DNA of 64,000 bases from Rebecca billardiae RCC1528 (taxonomy: Eukaryota; Protista; Haptophyta), in contig OZ251226.1 of NCBI GenBank assembly GCA_965240325.2, positions 1 to 64,000 of the forward strand, written 5' to 3'. Below, piece after piece: positions 58,799-64,000 of the stretch. The first letter of the stretch is position 1, and the number at the start of each line of letters is the position of its first letter. A program made the translations under genes and the position numbers. The notes beneath the pieces were generated by a model that saw only the letters and a program-made list of their open reading frames with translations, was not told the DNA's origin and did no database searches.

Positions 58799-59761
58799 AT
58801 GAACCTCGCGACTCTGCACATCCTCGAAGAGGAGGCGCGGCACGGGCAGGCGCTGCGCCAGACTGCCGCGTACTTCGAAGCGGCCCTCGCCCTCTGTCGA
58901 CGGGCGCCGAGCGTCGGCCTCATGGGCGCGCCTGCCGGTGCCGCACCCTCGCTGGCCGCGCTCTTCTTCGAGTTTGCGAATGCGGAGCCCGCCCCTTGGC
59001 TCCCGCTGGGCACCTTCGCCACCCAGCCCCCGACGCCGGCGCCGCCCTCGGCGCCCGCCGTGCGCTACTTGGCGCCGGTGCCGATCGCCACGCCCATCGA
59101 CGAGCCCGTGCCCCCGCCTACCGTCGGCCAGCTCTCGCCGCTCGAGTTTGAGGAGTTTGCAAGCACGGCCGGGACGCGCTGGGACGAGCCGACGCCCTGC
59201 CCCCTCTGCGCGCGCGAATGCCCGTCCAAGTACCAGGCGAAGAAGCACTACATGCGCACGCACTACGCGGGCATCCGGCGCCACCGCTGCACGCGCTGCG
59301 GCGTCAAGGCGTACGCCATGCGCGAGGACCTCACCACGCACCTCAAGTCGTGCGGCGTCGTGTACCCGTGCGAGACGTGCGGCGCCAAGCTGGGCTCGCG
59401 CGAGACGCTCGTGCGCCACTGCCGGCGCACGTCGCACGCGCTGCCGCCGAAGCCGGCGCGCGCCTCGCCTGCCGCCGTCACGCGCGCGACGACGAGCACG
59501 CCGGCGCGCGACGCCTCGTCGGTCGTCGAGGTGCCCGCCGCCGGCCCGCTTGCGCGCACCGGCCTTGGCGCGGACGCGTCCGTCGGCGCGGCCCTCCTCT
59601 GTGACGGCGCGCCGGCGCACGCTGCGCGCACGGCGGACGAGTCGCACGGCGCTCTGCCGTCGACAGCCGATGGCGCCGAGGCCGATGACGAGGATGGCCA
59701 CGACGACGAGGACGGCTTCTGGGCGTCGCTCGAGGAGTCGCTCTTCTGCTTCAGCCGTTGA
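58799..59761 (+). CDS. C2H2/C2HC zinc-finger protein (STOP1/IDD/ATMIN-type finger array)
   Basis: CPLC...KHYMRTH, CTRC...YAMREDLTTHLKSCG, CETC...LVRHCRRTSH; acidic C-terminus. Confidence 0.82.
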   Translation: MNLATLHILEEEARHGQALRQTAAYFEAALALCRRAPSVGLMGAPAGAAPSLAALFFEFANAEPAPWLPLGTFATQPPTPAPPSAPAVRYLAPVPIATPIDEPVPPPTVGQLSPLEFEEFASTAGTRWDEPTPCPLCARECPSKYQAKKHYMRTHYAGIRRHRCTRCGVKAYAMREDLTTHLKSCGVVYPCETCGAKLGSRETLVRHCRRTSHALPPKPARASPAAVTRATTSTPARDASSVVEVPAAGPLARTGLGADASVGAALLCDGAPAHAARTADESHGALPSTADGAEADDEDGHDDEDGFWASLEESLFCFSR

Positions 59762-60345
59762 TGATGATGATGGTAGTGATGATGATTGGCGCGGCGATGT
59801 CGGCGGCGCGCCTCGGCGGCGTGCGAGCCTTGCGGCCGCACGAGCGCGGCGGCGCACGCCGGGGCCCGACAGCCCACGTCGGCCTGATCCCGCCGGCCCT
59901 GTGCTCGAGGAGAGCATGAGAATTGGTCGCGATGGAACCGAGCGGCCGGCCGCGCCCCGCGGCCGCCTAGTGCCGCGGGCAGGTGCGGAGTGAGAGACTG
60001 CCGAGTCCGGATGAACCGCGTGCGAGGCATGCGCGTGTGCCTGCTCCGACCGGCGGCTTAGACCGGCAGCATCCCTGTCGTGAGCCGGCGGCGCCAACTC
60101 GCGCGGGCGCATCAGCCCGCTTGGCTACTGGAGCCACGTGTGACCGGCATCGCCATTGAGTGAGTCACAGACACCGCTTCGTCAGCCGTGCGTGATGCGT
60201 CGCCGGCGGCGGCTGCTCCGCCCTCGTCGCGCAGCGGCCCGATCTCGGCCGCGCCTCGCGCGCTGCTCGACGGCGGCGGCCTCGGCGGCCGCGGGGGCGC
60301 CCCGGGGGTCGCGGCGTGCGCGGCTGCGCGCGCGCGCCTCGCGCG

Positions 60346-63300
60346 ATGGCCGTCCTGCTCGCGATGGCGGTCACCTCGGCCCTCTCCTTCGGCGCGTGCG
60401 CCTTCATCGTGCTCTCGTACTGCGCGGCGCCCGCGCTCCGGCGCGACCCGGCGACGATGCTGATGTGGTGGTCGCTGAGCGACGGGCTGGTGGCGTCGCT
60501 GTGGGTGGCGCAGTACGTCTGGCCGCCCGCGCACTGCGGCGCGTACGCCTTCGCCACGCAGACGCTCATGCTCTCCTCGCAGTCGTTCTTTGCGATGTTC
60601 TGCGTCGACCTCGTGCACACGGTGCGGCAGCCGTTCGAGACGATCCACCGCGCGGCGTACCACGCGACGGCGTGGGGGCTCGGCTTCGGCTCGGCGTGCG
60701 TGCTCGCCGCGGCGCGCGTCTCCGGCGTCTCCATCTTCGGCTTCTGCTGGGTCGCCGAGCTGAGCGCGGGCGCCGCGTTCAACTGGTGGGCGTGGGGGCT
60801 GCTCTACATCCCCACGTTCGGCTTCTTCACGCTCGCGTGGTACGCGTCGCTGTTCGGCGTGGTGCGGCTGCGGCAGGGGCTGCCGCGCAGCTTCGGCGCG
60901 CGCGTGCGCTCCGCGCGCGCCATGCAGCTCGTCGTGTGCGCCAACTTTGGCTTCTTTGCGCTCTGGGGGCTCGGCTACGTGGTCGACCTGCGGTGTGCGC
61001 CGCTGCGTGCTGCGTGCTGCGTGCTGCGGCTGTGGACTGCGGCGGGTGGGCGCCCCTCGTGCGCGCGGCTGGTCGCCGCCGCCAGCGCTGCGCCGGCTCA
61101 CGCCACGCACCACCCGCGCGCGCCCCGCGCCCCCGCCACGCGCGCGCGCGCAGCTGGGCGCGCGGGCGCTGGCCCGCGTTCACGGGCGCCGTGTTCGCGC
61201 TCTTCACCGGGAAGGGCGTGGTGGACCTGGGGCTGTGGCTCGCGGTGCACGGGGAGGCGCTCGGGCCGCCGGGGAGGGCGTGCGCGCGCGCGCTGGCCGT
61301 GCTCGCGCGCGCGCCCACGCCGGCGGCGCCGCCGGCGCTCCACGCGGCGGCGGCGCCGCCCGCGCGCGCCGAGCCGCGCGCGCGCGCGGGCCGGCTGGGG
61401 GGCGGCGGCCGCTCGAGCGCGGCCGGCGCGCCCGCGGACGGCAGCGCGCCCGCCGCCGCCGCCGCCTCCGCGCCGGCTGCGCCGTGGCGCGAGCAGGACG
61501 CGCTCGGCCACGCGCTGCGGCACGAGGTGCTCGAGGTCACGCTCAAGGTGCAATGGAGCCCAGACGCACATGCCAGCCGGGCGGCGCGGGGGCGCTGCGG
61601 CGCTGCGGCGCCGCGGCGCGGGGCGCGTGCGCGCGAGGCACACTGACGCGCCCGCGCGCGTCGCGCCTCGCGTCGCGTGTGTGCGCGCAGGGGATCCGCA
61701 CGGGCGTGCGCCGCGCGGCGCGCGCGGCGGACGACGGCGCGCGGCTGCACCACTCCGACCAGTACGCGGTGGCGGGCGAGGGCCTCGACCACTTTCCATT
61801 CTTCGACTTCTGCCCGCACGAGTTTGCGGAGCTGCGCGCCCTCGCCGGCGTCTCGGCGCGCGAGTACCTCGCCTCGCTCGCCGACCGGCCCGACCCGCGC
61901 GCCAAGCCGGGCGGCAAGTCGGGCGCCTTCCTCTACCCCACGCGGGACGGCCGGTTCGTCCTCAAGACGTGCACGCGCGCCGAGTGCGAGACGCTGCAGC
62001 GCGTGCTGCCCTCCTACCTCGCGTACGTGCGCGCGCAGCCCGCCTCGCTGCTGGTGCGGTACATGGGCTGCTACGGCGTCGAGATGTACGGCAAGCGCGT
62101 GCACTTCCTCGTGATGCAGAGCGTCTTCCACGCGCTGGGGGGCCGGCAGCCGCACTACACGTACGACCTCAAGGTGGGGCCTCACGGGGGGGCCTCACGG
62201 GGGGAGGCGGGAGGAGGAGGGGGGGCGGCAACGGCCACGCGCGCCGCGCGCCGCGCCCCTCGGCCCTCGGCCCACACGCCGCGCCCCTCCCCCCTCCTGT
62301 GCCGCAGGGTTCGTACGTGGACCGCTCGACCGCCTCGCGCGGCGCTTGCCCCTCCGTGCGGCTGGACAACGACATGGCGCACACCCTCTTCCTGCACCCC
62401 GAGCACGCGCGAGCTGGCCGCGCAGCTCGAGCGCGACACGGCGTGGCTCACGTCCAACGGGCTGCTGGACTACTCGCTGCTGCTCGGGCTGGTGAACAAG
62501 CGCTACTTCCCCACGGACGCGCCGCACTCGGCGCAGCCGCAGCCAGCGCAGCCGCAGCCGCAGCCGCAGGGGGCGCGCGGCGCGGCGGACGGCGGCCCGC
62601 GCGCGGCCGCGGCCGGCAGCGCCGCCGAGTGGCGCGGGTGCGCCGATGGCGGCTGCCCCGAGTGCGCCGACGGCGGCTGCCTCGACGGCGGCGGCTGCGC
62701 CGCGCCGGAGCTCGACGCGTCGACGAGCGCGGCCCCTGCGCCCAGCCGGGGCGCGAGCAGCGCGCGCGCGCCGTGCGGCTGCGGCCGCGCCGCCGCACGG
62801 CGCGTCTCCTCCGCCTGCTCGCGCTCCTCGGCCGGCCAGTCTTTGCCGGGGGCGGGGCGCTCGGTGCCGTCCACCCCGTCCACGCCGTCCGACCCGTCCA
62901 GCTCGCGCAGGGGCAGCGCCGAGGGAAAGGGGCGGGGCGAGGCGGAGGCGGAGGCGGAGGCGGAGGCGGAGGGCGCGGAGGCGGCGCGTGGCGCGGGCGC
63001 GGGCGGTGCGCGCACCGAGGCGCGGCTGCCCAGCGTGCGCGCGCGCGAGGGCGGCGCGCCGCCGCTGCCGCGCTCGCGCTCGGCGGGCGCGACGCTGCGG
63101 CGCGCGTGCCCGCCGCGCGCGCTCTCCGCCGCGCGCTCGGGCTTCGGCTCGCTCTACTCGCTGGCGGAGGGCGGCAGCGCCGGCAGCGCCGGCAGCAGCG
63201 CGGCGGGCTCGGAGCGCGGCTGCGGCCACGACGGCGCGGGCCACGCGCGCGCGGACGAGGAGGCGGGGGGCGCGGGCGCGGGCGGCGGCGGCGCGCGCCA

Positions 63301-64000
63301 GCAGCAGCGCCACCGCCCGGCCGCGCCGCCGCGCGCGCACTCCGCCCCCTCGTGCGGCAGCGAGCGCTCGGCGCTGCCGTGCGCCGCGCCCCCGCCGCCG
63401 CCGTGCGCGCCGCTGCACTCGGCGCGCGCCGTGGTGGTGGAGGGCCCCGGGCTGTTCGTGTTCGGCATCATCGACATCCTGCAGACGTGGACGCTGCGCA
63501 AGCGGTGCGCGTGTGTGCGCGCGTGTGCGCGCGCCCACCCACTGCCGCGCGCGCCTCGGCCCCCGCCCCTGCCGCGCCCACACGCACGCACGCACACACG
63601 CGCACACCCGCGCACACACACGCACAGGCTGGAGTACCTCTTCAAGTCGTACGTGCGGTGCAAGGACAGGCGCGGCTTCAGCGCGGTGCGCCCCGCCGAG
63701 TACGGCGCCCGCTTCCAACGCAACGTGGTGCAGCGGTTGATCCGCGACCAGGCGGCGGCCACAGACGCGCTGCTGCAGCGCACGCGCGGCGCCCTCGAGC
63801 ACAGCGCGCGCCCTGCAGCAGCGCAGCAGCCCGCAGCGCAGCGCGCGCACAGCGCGGAGGGGGAGGGCGCGCAGCTGAGCGCGCTGTGCCGCGTGCGGCC
63901 CGCCTCCGCCTGCGCCGCCGCCTCCCCGCTGCCACCGGACTCGGCACCGGACTCGGCACCGGACGCGCCCCCGCCACCGGCCGGCGCAGGGGGCGCGGGC
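60346..64000 (+). CDS. GPCR-PIP kinase fusion (7TM plus phosphatidylinositol-phosphate kinase); 3' end beyond the window
   Basis: Seven hydrophobic helices (60346-61250); linker ALRHEVLEVTLK/GI; PIPK motifs GGKSGAFLY, FVLKT, YDLK/GS, DYSLLLG, GIIDILQ, SAVRPAEYGARF; four introns; frame open to 64000. Confidence 0.9.
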   Translation, partial: MAVLLAMAVTSALSFGACAFIVLSYCAAPALRRDPATMLMWWSLSDGLVASLWVAQYVWPPAHCGAYAFATQTLMLSSQSFFAMFCVDLVHTVRQPFETIHRAAYHATAWGLGFGSACVLAAARVSGVSIFGFCWVAELSAGAAFNWWAWGLLYIPTFGFFTLAWYASLFGVVRLRQGLPRSFGARVRSARAMQLVVCANFGFFALWGLGYVVDLRCAPLRAACCVLRLWTAAGGRPSCARLVAAASAAPAHATHHPRAPRAPATRARAAGRAGAGPRSRAPCSRSSPGRAWWTWGCGSRCTGRRSGRRGGRARARWPCSRARPRRRRRRRSTRRRRRPRAPSRARARAGWGAAAARARPARPRTAARPPPPPPPRRLRRGASRTRSATRCGTRCSRSRSRCNGAQTHMPAGRRGGAAALRRRGAGRVRARHTDAPARVAPRVACVRAGDPHGRAPRGARGGRRRAAAPLRPVRGGGRGPRPLSILRLLPARVCGAARPRRRLGARVPRLARRPARPARQAGRQVGRLPLPHAGRPVRPQDVHARRVRDAAARAALLPRVRARAARLAAGAVHGLLRRRDVRQARALPRDAERLPRAGGPAAALHVRPQGGASRGGLTGGGGRRRGGGNGHARRAPRPSALGPHAAPLPPPVPQGSYVDRSTASRGACPSVRLDNDMAHTLFLHPEHARAGRAARARHGVAHVQRAAGLLAAARAGEQALLPHGRAALGAAAASAAAAAAAGGARRGGRRPARGRGRQRRRVARVRRWRLPRVRRRRLPRRRRLRRAGARRVDERGPCAQPGREQRARAVRLRPRRRTARLLRLLALLGRPVFAGGGALGAVHPVHAVRPVQLAQGQRRGKGAGRGGGGGGGGGGGRGGGAWRGRGRCAHRGAAAQRARARGRRAAAAALALGGRDAAARVPAARALRRALGLRLALLAGGGRQRRQRRQQRGGLGARLRPRRRGPRARGRGGGGRGRGRRRRAPAAAPPPGRAAARALRPLVRQRALGAAVRRAPAAAVRAAALGARRGGGGPRAVRVRHHRHPADVDAAQAVRVCARVCARPPTAARASAPAPAAPTRTHAHTRTPAHTHAQAGVPLQVVRAVQGQARLQRGAPRRVRRPLPTQRGAAVDPRPGGGHRRAAAAHARRPRAQRAPCSSAAARSAARAQRGGGGRAAERAVPRAARLRLRRRLPAATGLGTGLGTGRAPATGRRRGRG

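Overview
Left end of a very GC-rich, intron-containing eukaryotic chromosome. TTAGGG telomeres, an SQD2 gene with signal-peptide-type plastid targeting and GTGCGC-type introns suggest an alga with a complex plastid, probably a haptophyte (Pavlovales-like); this is inference. Order from the end: a (CCCTAA)n telomere (1-1692), a short inverted degenerate telomere array, about 28 copies of a 183/184-bp subtelomeric satellite (to ~7055), then a gene-dense region with about 19 spliced or single-exon genes. These include a zf-CW/PEHE chromatin protein, DNAJC8, an EGF-GT29 sialyltransferase, an SRCR protein, an AGC kinase, a sulfotransferase, a nucleoside-hydrolase/TM/TIR-like fusion, a thioredoxin-like/dienelactone-hydrolase fusion, an SGNH-like protein, SQD2, a dual-specificity phosphatase, UBZ-PLAC8, PP2C, a prefoldin-like protein, a STOP1/ATMIN-type zinc finger and a GPCR-PIP kinase fusion running off the window, plus one tRNA-Ile(UAU). 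Mobile DNA read from the sequence: two TIR elements with TSDs (33.5-35.4 kb, 44.4-47.8 kb), a foldback element with 399-bp TIRs and a 7-bp TSD between two divergent genes (53.6-54.7 kb), and a stack of 5'-truncated CRE-like retroelement 3' ends that all abut (TA)n tracts (57.6-58.6 kb, with a relic at 18.4 kb). Most ORFs in the supplied track are GC-driven shadow ORFs. Gene spans include introns, and all domain calls come from motif recognition, not database searches.
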